This document shows positions 21,203-30,770 of a stretch of 64,000 nucleotides of DNA, piece by piece; position 1 is the stretch's first letter; each line of letters begins with the position of its first letter. Where the stretch lies: the IMG/VR virus record IMGVR_UViG_3300042945_001831, positions 17,458 through 81,457 of that record; one strand, 5' to 3'. The position numbers were made by a program, and so were the translations under genes. The DNA comes from a virus. Below the pieces are notes generated by a model that was not told the DNA's origin, searched no databases, and saw only the letters and a program-made list of their open reading frames with translations.

Positions 21203-22672
21203 ATGAGCACTAACTCTTTTAAAAATTGGAGATTCATTACAGATATGATGATTTGCAATTCTATCATATCGGAAGATTATGAATTTTCAATGGCAAGAAG
21301 TGAGTTGAAAACTGCAAAAAGTGCAATTGATAGATTATTGAAAAAATTGAACGGTGAAGGAAATTTAGAAGCTTGGATACAATCAAAAATCACAAAAGCT
21401 GCTGATTATATTGATACTGTTGCTGACCATATGGATAGTGGAGAGTCAGAAACAGAAGTTAATGAGCAATTAAAACCACACAAAACGGTAGAGCAGATTG
21501 CAAGGAAACATCGTATGGATGTCTCGGATATTCAGAAGCAACTTGATATGGGTGCTCCAATTGAACACGAGCACACAAAAGATAAAACTTTAGCAATTGA
21601 TATTGCTCTTCAACATCTTGATGAAATTCCAGATTATTATACTCGTTTAAAAAAAATGGAAGCATCTGCAAAAAAAGAACATAAAAAGTTCAAAGATGTT
21701 AAAGAGACCGTAACAATTGAAGATGCGAAAGGAAATACATTTTTAGAAATTATTGATTTAATTAAACCAGAAAAAATGAAAGGTGTTAGTGAAGAAACTG
21801 CATCTGGAGATGAATCTCTCCACGATTGGTTTGCAAAATCAAGTGGAACAAATCCAAAAACGGGAAAAAAAGTAAAAGGATGGCCTCAAATTGGTGGAAA
21901 GTTTGCTGGTGCTCCTTGTGCCCGTCAACCAGGACAAACTACTAAACCAAAATGTGGTTCATCAAAAATGGCTGCAAATATGTCCGATGATGAAGAAGAT
22001 GCCGCAGCAAGAAGAAAAAGAAAGGAAGATCCAAATCCAAATAGAACAGGACAAGCAAGAAATGTTAAGACCGAAGAATTTGTAAACGAGGATGCTTGTA
22101 AAGAAAAAGTAAAATCTCGTTATAAAATTTGGCCTAGTGCTTATGCTTCTGGAGCAGTTGTAAAATGTCGTAAAGTTGGTGCTGCAAATTGGGGAACAAA
22201 ATCTGAAAGTACTGATTCACTTGGGGGTGATTGGCATACTCCAATTCGTGAAAGAGCAGATAGATATTGTCCAAAATGTGAAAAACTCGAAAGAAGAACA
22301 GAATGTAAGTATGGTACAAAATATTGGGATATGTTCTCCTTACCAGCAGAGATAATTAGTTCAAAAAAAGATTATAATATAACAATGCCGTATCCTGCAA
22401 ATGAATCAGCAACAATTGAAGATATAGATGAAAACTATCTACGAATACAAACTCGCGGAACAACTTATAGTATACTACTAAATTGGAGAGGGAAATATAT
22501 TACATCACAGATGTTTTTTCCGCAATTTACAAGACCAACGAAAAAACAAGTTACGGATGAAGTGAGAAAAATTTATCCAAATGCAATTGTCTTGTCATTT
22601 AATCCATCCACAAAAGACCCAACAAAACCATTATTATTTACTGGAGATGCAAATGGACCCAAACAGTATTGA
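21203..22672 (+). CDS. Modular hypothetical protein, candidate processed internal head protein
   Basis: Concatenated short modules separated by xxE/EE sites: EAWIQSKITKAADY, EHEHT...QHLDEIPDYYTRL, LHDWF...KPKC and KVKSRYKIWPSAYASGAVVKCRK. Confidence 0.7.
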   Translation: MSTNSFKNWRFITDMMICNSIISEDYEFSMARSELKTAKSAIDRLLKKLNGEGNLEAWIQSKITKAADYIDTVADHMDSGESETEVNEQLKPHKTVEQIARKHRMDVSDIQKQLDMGAPIEHEHTKDKTLAIDIALQHLDEIPDYYTRLKKMEASAKKEHKKFKDVKETVTIEDAKGNTFLEIIDLIKPEKMKGVSEETASGDESLHDWFAKSSGTNPKTGKKVKGWPQIGGKFAGAPCARQPGQTTKPKCGSSKMAANMSDDEEDAAARRKRKEDPNPNRTGQARNVKTEEFVNEDACKEKVKSRYKIWPSAYASGAVVKCRKVGAANWGTKSESTDSLGGDWHTPIRERADRYCPKCEKLERRTECKYGTKYWDMFSLPAEIISSKKDYNITMPYPANESATIEDIDENYLRIQTRGTTYSILLNWRGKYITSQMFFPQFTRPTKKQVTDEVRKIYPNAIVLSFNPSTKDPTKPLLFTGDANGPKQY

Positions 22673-22844
22673 ACTTCACAATTTAAGTAAAATATTTGAA
22701 TATGAAAAAATTTCAAGAACAATAGATAATTGTGATGATATAAAGTTTTTAAAAAATCTTTCTAAATCTTTTATTAAACTTTACTTTAAACAACAAGAAA
22801 CATTAACCGCAATAGAAGCAAATATAAAAATAAATGATGGTTGA
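22653..22844 (+). CDS. Small two-helix hypothetical protein, weakly NblA-like
   Basis: Start at ATG 22653 after GGAG. Sequence LSKIFEYEKISRTID...KSFIKLYFKQQE. Confidence 0.6.
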   Translation: MDPNSIELHNLSKIFEYEKISRTIDNCDDIKFLKNLSKSFIKLYFKQQETLTAIEANIKINDG

Positions 22845-24486
22845 AAAACATTATAAAGGAAATCCCAATTTAAAAGCTGAAAACGTTCAAATTGAATTTA
22901 CTAAAGAAAATATTGAAGAGTATATAAGATGTAAAGAAAATCCAATATATTTTGCAAAAAAATATGTAAAGATTGTTTCATTGGATCATGGATTAGTTCC
23001 GTTTGATATGTATGATTTCCAAGAGGAACTGATTAAAAATTTTCATTATAATAGATTTAACATCGCAAAACTCCCCAGACAAACTGGAAAATCGACGACT
23101 GTTGTATCATATCTTCTTCACTATGCTCTTTTTAACGATAATATAAGAATTGCAATTCTGGCAAATAAAGCAGAAACTGCTAGAGAACTTTTAGGTAGGT
23201 TGCAATTATCTTATGAAAATTTACCAGATTGGTTGCAGCAAGGTGTAGGTTCTTGGAACAAAGGTTCTTTGGAACTTGAAAATGGATCTAAAATTGTAGC
23301 AGCATCCACATCATCATCTGCTGTTCGAGGAAATTCTTTTAATATCATTTTCTTGGATGAATTTGCATTTATTCCAAATCATATTGCAGAACAGTTTTTC
23401 TCTTCTGTATATCCTACTATTTCTTCGGGACAAAGCACAAAAGTTATTATCATTTCAACTCCCAACGGGATGAACATGTTTTATAAACTTTGGCATGATG
23501 CGGAGAGAGGAAAGAATGGTTATATTCCACTAGAAGTTCATTGGTCTGCGGTGCCTGGAAGAGACGCAGAGTGGAAACGACAAACGATTGCGAATACTTC
23601 CGAAAGACAGTTTACGCAAGAGTTTGAGTGCGAATTTCTTGGGTCTGTTGATACTTTAATTGCTCCATCAAAACTTAGATCAATGGTCTACGAAGATCCA
23701 TTGAAAAAAAATAAAGGACTTGATGTATATTATGAACCAATTGAAGAAAATAGTTATTTGATGACGGTTGATGTTTCTAGAGGAATGAGTAATGATTATT
23801 CTGCATTTGTAGTTTTTGATATAACCACATTTCCATATAAAGTTGTTGCAAAATATAGAAATAATGAAATAAAACCCATGCTTTTTCCAAACATTATACA
23901 AGATGTCGCAAAAGCATATAATAAATGTTTTGTTTTAGTTGAAGTCAATGATATTGGAGAACAAGTATCAACAATACTTCATTTTGATTTGGAATATGAT
24001 AATATTTTAATGTGTTCAATGAGGGGCAGAGCAGGACAATTAGTTGGGCAAGGATTTTCTGGAAAAAAATCTCAACTTGGAGTGAAAATGTCCAAAACTG
24101 TAAAAAAAGTTGGATGTTCAAATTTAAAGACAATCATAGAAGATGATAAATTAATAATCAGTGATTATGATATTATTAGCGAATTGACCACTTTTATTCA
24201 AAAAAATCAATCATTTGAAGCAGAGGAAGGTTGCAATGATGATTTAGCCATGTGCTTAGTAATTTTTGCTTGGTTGGTTGTTCAAGATTATTTTAGAGAA
24301 ATGACGGATAATGATGTCCGCAAAAGAATATATGAAGAGCAAAAAGATCAAATTGAAGCGGACATGTCTCCATTTGGATTTATTATAGATGGACTCAATG
24401 AAGAAACTTCATTTGTCGATGTTGATGGTGATAGGTGGCACATTGATGAATATGGAGATAGATCATATATGTGGGAATATAATTAA
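22834..24486 (+). CDS. gp17: Terminase large subunit (no intein)
   Basis: Walker A PRQTGKST, Walker B IIFLDEFAF, and nuclease motif DDLAMC. Confidence 0.97.
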   Translation: MMVEKHYKGNPNLKAENVQIEFTKENIEEYIRCKENPIYFAKKYVKIVSLDHGLVPFDMYDFQEELIKNFHYNRFNIAKLPRQTGKSTTVVSYLLHYALFNDNIRIAILANKAETARELLGRLQLSYENLPDWLQQGVGSWNKGSLELENGSKIVAASTSSSAVRGNSFNIIFLDEFAFIPNHIAEQFFSSVYPTISSGQSTKVIIISTPNGMNMFYKLWHDAERGKNGYIPLEVHWSAVPGRDAEWKRQTIANTSERQFTQEFECEFLGSVDTLIAPSKLRSMVYEDPLKKNKGLDVYYEPIEENSYLMTVDVSRGMSNDYSAFVVFDITTFPYKVVAKYRNNEIKPMLFPNIIQDVAKAYNKCFVLVEVNDIGEQVSTILHFDLEYDNILMCSMRGRAGQLVGQGFSGKKSQLGVKMSKTVKKVGCSNLKTIIEDDKLIISDYDIISELTTFIQKNQSFEAEEGCNDDLAMCLVIFAWLVVQDYFREMTDNDVRKRIYEEQKDQIEADMSPFGFIIDGLNEETSFVDVDGDRWHIDEYGDRSYMWEYN

Positions 24487-24498
24487 AAATTAGTATTT

Positions 24499-24506
24499 TA
24501 TAAATA
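24499..24506 (+). promoter_or_regulatory. Late promoter TATAAATA
   Basis: Exact consensus before gp18. Confidence 0.8.
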
Positions 24507-24544
24507 TTTCTAGACAAAAATGAAACTTCTTCAGAGGGAAAAAC

Positions 24545-26914
24545 ATGTCGCTAAACTTAGTATCTCCGGGCGTCAAAACGAGAGAAGTTGACTTAACAAT
24601 TGGGAGAATTGATGCAATCAATGATCAAGTCGGCGCTATAGCAGGACCATTTGAGAAAGGACCAGTAAATGTTCCTATCTTAATTGAAACTGAAAACGAT
24701 CTTCTTAAAACATTCGGTAAGCCTCTTTCGACTGATGCTCAATATGAGTACTGGTTAGGTGCGTCATCATATCTTTCTTATGGTGGCATTCTTAGAGTTA
24801 TTAGAACAGATGGAGACAATTTAAATAATTCAAATGCTGGTGTTTCCGTAGCATCAACTACGCTTAAAATTTCCACATATGAAGATTACATCAATAACCA
24901 ACAAACTGCAACATCTTGGTACTATGCTGCCAAGAATCCAGGAAAGTGGGCAAATAATTTAAAAGTTTGCACGATTGATGCTTTTGCTGACCAAACTATT
25001 TCAGGCATATCAACTACTGGTGTATCTGTTGGAATGGGAATCACCCAGTCAATTGATGGTAGAGTGATTGCTGGTGCAGGATCAACTTCTTCTGCTACTG
25101 GTTATTTGAGAGGAATTATCACTGGTGTAGGTGCAAGTGAACTGTATGTAAAAGTATCTGAAACAGTTTCTGGAACAACAGTTTCGCAAATTGCTTATAC
25201 TGAAGGAAGTACATATGCATTCCAAACTCCAACAACATCTACTGTATCAACAACAGTTGGAGTTGCAACAACTTCTGGTTTTTTGAGTGAATCGTTTGAT
25301 GTTTCAATTACTGGAATCGTAACAACTGGAATTCTACTAGGTGATATTGTTTCTGGAACAAGTGTAGCAGCAGGAACAACGGTTGTTTCTATTGGAGCAA
25401 GTACAATTTTTGTTGACAAAACAATCACAGCAGGTATTGGAACAACAACGTTTACTTTTACAAGAGGTTCTACGTCATCAACTGTTTCAAATGCAATTCA
25501 AGTAATTACCACGGCAGGTGTAACAACTAGCTCAATTACTTCTGCTACATTGTCAGATTGGTATAACCAACAAACTTTAGGTCTTACTAATACTATAGTT
25601 TATTGGAAATCTATTGCAGAAAAACCAAAAACTTCACAGTATTGTGTAGAAAGAAATGGTCGTAATGACGAATTCCACCTTGCAGTTGTAGATGATACTG
25701 GTTTAGTAACTGGTATTGCTGGAAATGTTTTAGAAAAATATACTTACTTATCAAAAGCACTTGATGGTAAGATTTCACCAACAGAACCAGTATACTATAA
25801 AGATTCCATTGCAAATAAATCTTCATATATTTTTGCTGGATATGCACCAACTGGAACTGCTACTGGATTTGCATTAACTACTGGACTTACCGCTACTGGA
25901 ACTGGAAATTGGGGAGCAAATGCACAAGGAACTACATTTAGTGCTGCTGGAAATGTAACTTACAATTTGACTGGTGGTGTTGACTATTCTGCAAATGGTG
26001 GAATGAATGCGACACTTTCAAATATTATTTCATCTTATAATATTCTTACCAATCCAGCGGAATATTCAGTCAATTTCTTAATTTCTGGACCTTCTGGTGG
26101 TGCTACAATTTATGATTCACAATCAAAAGCAAATGCTTTAATTTCTATTGCAGAACAAAGAAAAGATTGCATTGCAGTTATTTCTCCACACAGAGATGGG
26201 GTTGTAAATGTTACCAACTCAGATACACAAACACAAAACGTTATTAATTTCTTTGATTCAATAACTTCATCTTCGTATGCAGTTTTTGATTCTGGATATA
26301 AGTATATGTTTGATAGATTTAATAACACCTTTAGATACGTTGCTTGCAACGCAGACATTGCTGGATTGATGGCTAGAACATCAATCAATCAATATCCTTG
26401 GTTCTCCCCTGCTGGTTCGTCCAGAGGTGGGATCAATGGTGCTGTAAAACTTGCTTACAATCCCTCACAAGCACAAAGAGATTTACTTTATCCAAAGAGA
26501 ATTAATCCAATTATTTTCTCTCCTGGTGCTGGAATCATCTTATTTGGTGATAAGACTGCACTCTCTTATGCTTCTGCTTTTGATAGAATCAACGTTCGTC
26601 GTTTGTTTTTGACAATTGAAGGAACAATTGAAAGGGCAGCAAGATCACAACTTTTTGAATTCAATGACGTAATCACAAGATCAAACTTTATTAACATTGT
26701 TGAACCATATCTCCGCGATGTCAAATCAAAGAGAGGAATTACTGATTTTGTCGTTATCTGTGATGAGACAAATAATACTCCCGATGTGATTGATGGAAAT
26801 CAATTCAGGGCTGATATTTTTGTAAAACCTGCAAGATCAATCAACTTCATTGGACTTACTTTCGTTGCTACTCGCACTGGAGTAAGTTTTGAAGAAGTCA
26901 TTGGAAACGTTTAA
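24545..26914 (+). CDS. gp18: Tail sheath protein
   Basis: LVSPGVKTREVD, WFSPAG, FDRINVRRLF and KPARSINFI. Confidence 0.96.
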   Translation: MSLNLVSPGVKTREVDLTIGRIDAINDQVGAIAGPFEKGPVNVPILIETENDLLKTFGKPLSTDAQYEYWLGASSYLSYGGILRVIRTDGDNLNNSNAGVSVASTTLKISTYEDYINNQQTATSWYYAAKNPGKWANNLKVCTIDAFADQTISGISTTGVSVGMGITQSIDGRVIAGAGSTSSATGYLRGIITGVGASELYVKVSETVSGTTVSQIAYTEGSTYAFQTPTTSTVSTTVGVATTSGFLSESFDVSITGIVTTGILLGDIVSGTSVAAGTTVVSIGASTIFVDKTITAGIGTTTFTFTRGSTSSTVSNAIQVITTAGVTTSSITSATLSDWYNQQTLGLTNTIVYWKSIAEKPKTSQYCVERNGRNDEFHLAVVDDTGLVTGIAGNVLEKYTYLSKALDGKISPTEPVYYKDSIANKSSYIFAGYAPTGTATGFALTTGLTATGTGNWGANAQGTTFSAAGNVTYNLTGGVDYSANGGMNATLSNIISSYNILTNPAEYSVNFLISGPSGGATIYDSQSKANALISIAEQRKDCIAVISPHRDGVVNVTNSDTQTQNVINFFDSITSSSYAVFDSGYKYMFDRFNNTFRYVACNADIAGLMARTSINQYPWFSPAGSSRGGINGAVKLAYNPSQAQRDLLYPKRINPIIFSPGAGIILFGDKTALSYASAFDRINVRRLFLTIEGTIERAARSQLFEFNDVITRSNFINIVEPYLRDVKSKRGITDFVVICDETNNTPDVIDGNQFRADIFVKPARSINFIGLTFVATRTGVSFEEVIGNV

Positions 26915-26934
26915 TCAACTAGAGGTAAAAAACA

Positions 26935-27564
26935 ATGGCGAACAATCCAAATACAAAAGATAGAACCCTTGATCAATTCAAGGGAAGAATGCTTCAAGGT
27001 GGGGCGAGACCTAATTTATTTGAATGTGAATTATTTTTTCCAACAGAAGCAATTCCAACTGGTTCTACTCCAGATACATTATCCGATGCTACTAGATTTT
27101 TAATTAAAGCAGCAGCTCTTCCAGCATCAACTCTTGGTATTATTGATGTTCCTTTTAGAGGAAGAAATCTTAAAATTGCTGGAGATAGAACATTTGATCC
27201 TTGGACAATCACTGTTATTAATGAGGTTAATTTCGATATCAGAACTGCATTTGAAAGATGGATGAACTTAATTAACAAGCACGAAGATAATGCTGGATTG
27301 ATCAATCCATTTGATTACCAACAAGATGCTTACGTCAAACAACTTGGAAGAGCAGGACTTAATGGAAATGTTCCAACCTCTGACACTCAACTTCCGGTAT
27401 TGAAGCAATATAAGTTTTATGGGGTATTCCCAACTTCAGTAAGTGATATTGCAGTTTCTTATGATTCTTCAGATACAATTGAAGAATTTACTGTAGATCT
27501 CCAAGTTCAATGGTGGGATGCTCTTGATGAAGATGGCAATACTCAACTTGGAACAGGTTCATAA
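26935..27564 (+). CDS. gp19: Tail tube protein
   Basis: GGARPNLFE, FRGRNLKIAGDRTFDPWTITV and IEEFTV. Confidence 0.95.
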   Translation: MANNPNTKDRTLDQFKGRMLQGGARPNLFECELFFPTEAIPTGSTPDTLSDATRFLIKAAALPASTLGIIDVPFRGRNLKIAGDRTFDPWTITVINEVNFDIRTAFERWMNLINKHEDNAGLINPFDYQQDAYVKQLGRAGLNGNVPTSDTQLPVLKQYKFYGVFPTSVSDIAVSYDSSDTIEEFTVDLQVQWWDALDEDGNTQLGTGS

Positions 27565-27589
27565 ATACTAAAAAGTATTTAAATTTTTG

Positions 27590-29266
27590 ATGGCTAAATT
27601 ATTTGGTTTTAAAATACAGAATACTGGAGATGATAAGTACAAAAAACTTATTTCTCCAGTTGCTCCTAACGACGAAGATAAGTCAGATTTCTATATATCT
27701 AGTGGTTTTTATGGACAATATGTAGATATTGAAGGAGTATATAAAAACGAACAAGACTTGGTAAGAAGATATCGTGAGATGTCTCTTCATCCAGAGTGTG
27801 ATAGTGCTATTGAAGATGTAGTAAACGAAGCAATTGTATCTGATGCAAATGATTCTCCAGTAGAAATTGATTTATCAAATCTTCCAGCATCAGATAAATT
27901 AAAAAAAATTATTCGAGAAGAATTTAAATATATTAAAGAAATATTGGATTTTGATAAAAAGTGTCATGAAATTTTTAGAAATTGGTATGTAGATGGAAGG
28001 ATCTTCTATCATAAAGTAATTGATATGAAAGATCCAAGTTCTGGAATTAAAGAAGTAAGATTTATCGATCCATTAAAAATTAGGTTTATTCGCAAAGCAG
28101 AACAAATATCAAATAATAACCAATCTTCAATGTTTGTAAACAAAGAAGGTTTAGAACAATATCAAGCTCCAAAGATTGAAGAATATTATTTGTATGATCC
28201 AAATAGCCCAACTTCAAGTGGTGGAACAATTTCTTATAGAAATGAATCAAAAAGTGTAAAAATTGCAAAAGACTCAATTACATATGTAACTTCTGGATTG
28301 GTGGACAGAAATAAACAAACAATCCTTTCATATTTACATAAAGCAATTAAGGCACTCAATCAACTTCGAATGATCGAGGATAGTTTAGTTATCTATAGAC
28401 TTTCTCGTGCTCCAGAACGTCGTATATTTTATATTGATGTTGGTAATCTTCCCAAGATTAAAGCAGAGCAATATTTACGAGATGTAATGAATCGTTATAG
28501 AAATAAACTTGTTTATAATGCCGATACTGGAGAAATTCGTGATGATCGTAAGCATATGGCAATGTTGGAAGATTTTTGGTTGCCTCGTAGAGAAGGTGGT
28601 CGTGGAACTGAAATCACTACACTTCCTGGTGGACAAAATCTTGGAGAACTTGCTGACATTGAATATTTTCAAAAGAAATTATACAAATCATTAAATGTTC
28701 CATCAAGTAGAATTGATGTTGGTGGTGGTGGTTTTAATTTAGGAAGATCATCAGAAATTTTAAGAGATGAATTAAAATTCACAAAATTTGTAGGAAGACT
28801 TAGAAAAAGATTTTCTGGAGTTTTTAATGATATGCTGAAAACTCAGCTCATTTTAAAAAATATTGTTACTCCAGAAGACTGGCAAATTTTAAATGATCAT
28901 ATTCAATATGATTATGTTTATGATAATCATTTTTCAAATCTTAAAGATAATGAACTTTTAAATGATCAGTTAGGTGTTGTTGCGGCAATGGAACCATATA
29001 TTGGAAGATATTTTTCTGCAGAATACGTCAGAACTAAAGTATTAAAACAATCTGATACAGAAATGTTGGAAATTGATAAGCAAATCAAAAAAGAGATTGA
29101 AGATGGTATTATTCCAGACCCCAATCAACCAATAGATCCAACAACTGGAATGCCTATGCAAGATATGAATGGATCTATGGATTTGGGGCAACCAATGATG
29201 GAGCCGGGATTAGAAAATCAAGCAAAAGCAACGCAAGTTCAAATGCCAAAAGGTGGAGAGATATAA
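27590..29266 (+). CDS. gp20: Portal vertex protein
   Basis: YRLSRAPERRIFYIDVGNLPK and EDFWLPRREGGRGTEITTLPGGQ. Confidence 0.97.
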   Translation: MAKLFGFKIQNTGDDKYKKLISPVAPNDEDKSDFYISSGFYGQYVDIEGVYKNEQDLVRRYREMSLHPECDSAIEDVVNEAIVSDANDSPVEIDLSNLPASDKLKKIIREEFKYIKEILDFDKKCHEIFRNWYVDGRIFYHKVIDMKDPSSGIKEVRFIDPLKIRFIRKAEQISNNNQSSMFVNKEGLEQYQAPKIEEYYLYDPNSPTSSGGTISYRNESKSVKIAKDSITYVTSGLVDRNKQTILSYLHKAIKALNQLRMIEDSLVIYRLSRAPERRIFYIDVGNLPKIKAEQYLRDVMNRYRNKLVYNADTGEIRDDRKHMAMLEDFWLPRREGGRGTEITTLPGGQNLGELADIEYFQKKLYKSLNVPSSRIDVGGGGFNLGRSSEILRDELKFTKFVGRLRKRFSGVFNDMLKTQLILKNIVTPEDWQILNDHIQYDYVYDNHFSNLKDNELLNDQLGVVAAMEPYIGRYFSAEYVRTKVLKQSDTEMLEIDKQIKKEIEDGIIPDPNQPIDPTTGMPMQDMNGSMDLGQPMMEPGLENQAKATQVQMPKGGEI

Positions 29267-29269
29267 ATA
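29262..29269 (+). promoter_or_regulatory. Late promoter TATAAATA
   Basis: Exact consensus overlapping the gp20 stop. Confidence 0.75.
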
Positions 29270-29297
29270 GTTTTTAGTTATTATATATCAAAACAGT

Positions 29298-29522
29298 ATG
29301 GATGATTTACTAGATATGATTGTTTCTGATGAGTCTCCTTCACAAATTTCAGACAAAATCAAAGAAATTCTTTTTACAAAAAGTGCAGAAAGAGTTGAGG
29401 CAATGAGACCTCAAGTTTCTTCTAGTCTTTTTGGTGAACAAGATGCAGAAACATATGAAGATGATGATGAAGAAGATGAGGATTATGAAGATGATGAAGA
29501 TTACACCGAGGATGAAGAATAA
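29298..29522 (+). CDS. Small acidic protein, possible prohead core component
   Basis: Lies between gp20 and gp21, where T4 has gp67/68. D/E-rich tail. Confidence 0.6.
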   Translation: MDDLLDMIVSDESPSQISDKIKEILFTKSAERVEAMRPQVSSSLFGEQDAETYEDDDEEDEDYEDDEDYTEDEE

Positions 29523-30070
29523 TGACAGTACATAAAGCCGTTGGTCTTGGAAATTCTATTGCAATTACTTCTGGATCTGCAACAACTTCATCTGCACTAT
29601 CTGTTCAAACAAAAGCATTAAGAGTTGTCGCAACTGCTCCAGCTTTTATTGCAATTGGAACAAATCCAACAGCATCAACAACGGATTATTATGTTCCAAG
29701 TGGAGGAACTGCAGTTCTTGCATTAAGTCCAGCATCACAAAGAGTTATTGGAATTACAACAGGAACTGTAACTACAATCACTTTTCCCGAAGGAACTGGA
29801 TCACCATTTGAAGTTGGAGATTTTGTTTCTTTATCTTCTGTTGGGCAATCATATTATAACTTTACACACCAACCTGTAACAGCAGTTGATTCTTCAACTG
29901 GATATAGTGGTTATTATTCTACTAGAGTCAGTATTGGAACAAATACTTCAGGAATTGTAACTGCATTTTCTACTGATGCAAATTTAAGAAAATCTGTGAG
30001 AATATCAGCATATGGAGCAGGAGCAGGAGCTTTATATTATCAACAAGTTCAAATTTCTGGAGACGCATAA
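29522..30070 (+). CDS. Conserved hypothetical (likely virion) protein
   Basis: Translationally coupled (TAATG). FPEGTGSPF and QQVQISG motifs; located in the head cluster. Confidence 0.7.
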   Translation: MTVHKAVGLGNSIAITSGSATTSSALSVQTKALRVVATAPAFIAIGTNPTASTTDYYVPSGGTAVLALSPASQRVIGITTGTVTTITFPEGTGSPFEVGDFVSLSSVGQSYYNFTHQPVTAVDSSTGYSGYYSTRVSIGTNTSGIVTAFSTDANLRKSVRISAYGAGAGALYYQQVQISGDA

Positions 30071-30072
30071 AA

Positions 30073-30723
30073 ATGAAACTCATCACAGAAGAAGTACAAA
30101 AAGTTGAATTTATTGTTGAAGGAAAGGGTTCTGAAAAAAAAATGTTTATTGAAGGTATTTTCCTTCAAGGTGATCTAGAAAATAGAAATAAAAGACGTTA
30201 CCCAACCCAGATTCTTGCTCGTGAAGTAAAAAGATATAATGAAGCATTTGTAGAAAAAGGTCGTGCTCTTGGAGAGTTGGGACATCCAGATGGTCCTACA
30301 GTAAATCTAGATAGAGTTTCTCACAAAATTGTTTCTCTAACTCAAGAAGGAAATAACTTTAGAGGAAAAGCACAACTTTTAGAAACACCAATGGGAAAGA
30401 TTGCAAAATCTTTAATTGGCGAAGGAGTTATGTTGGGTGTTTCTTCTCGTGGTATTGGTTCATTAACTCCAACAAATGAAGGATACTCAGTAGTTGGAGA
30501 AGATTTTATGCTTGCTACTGCTGCTGATATTGTTGCTGATCCTTCTGCTCCAGATGCTTTTGTAAACGGTATTATGGAAGGAAAAGAATGGATTTGGGAA
30601 GGAACTGTTTTGAGAGAAAAAAATGTAAGTAATATTCAAAGAAGAATAAATACATTAGTTGATCAGAAGAGATTGGATGAACAAAAACTCAATCTGTTCA
30701 ATGAATTTCTATCAAATTTATAA
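30073..30723 (+). CDS. gp21: Prohead protease
   Basis: ALGELGHP, GVSSRGIGS and DIVADPSAPDAFV. Confidence 0.96.
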   Translation: MKLITEEVQKVEFIVEGKGSEKKMFIEGIFLQGDLENRNKRRYPTQILAREVKRYNEAFVEKGRALGELGHPDGPTVNLDRVSHKIVSLTQEGNNFRGKAQLLETPMGKIAKSLIGEGVMLGVSSRGIGSLTPTNEGYSVVGEDFMLATAADIVADPSAPDAFVNGIMEGKEWIWEGTVLREKNVSNIQRRINTLVDQKRLDEQKLNLFNEFLSNL

Positions 30724-30725
30724 TT

Positions 30726-30733
30726 TATAAATA
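30726..30733 (+). promoter_or_regulatory. Late promoter TATAAATA
   Basis: Exact consensus before gp22. Confidence 0.8.
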
Positions 30734-30770
30734 AATATAGATTTAACACAGGTTTAATCGGAGAGTTCAA

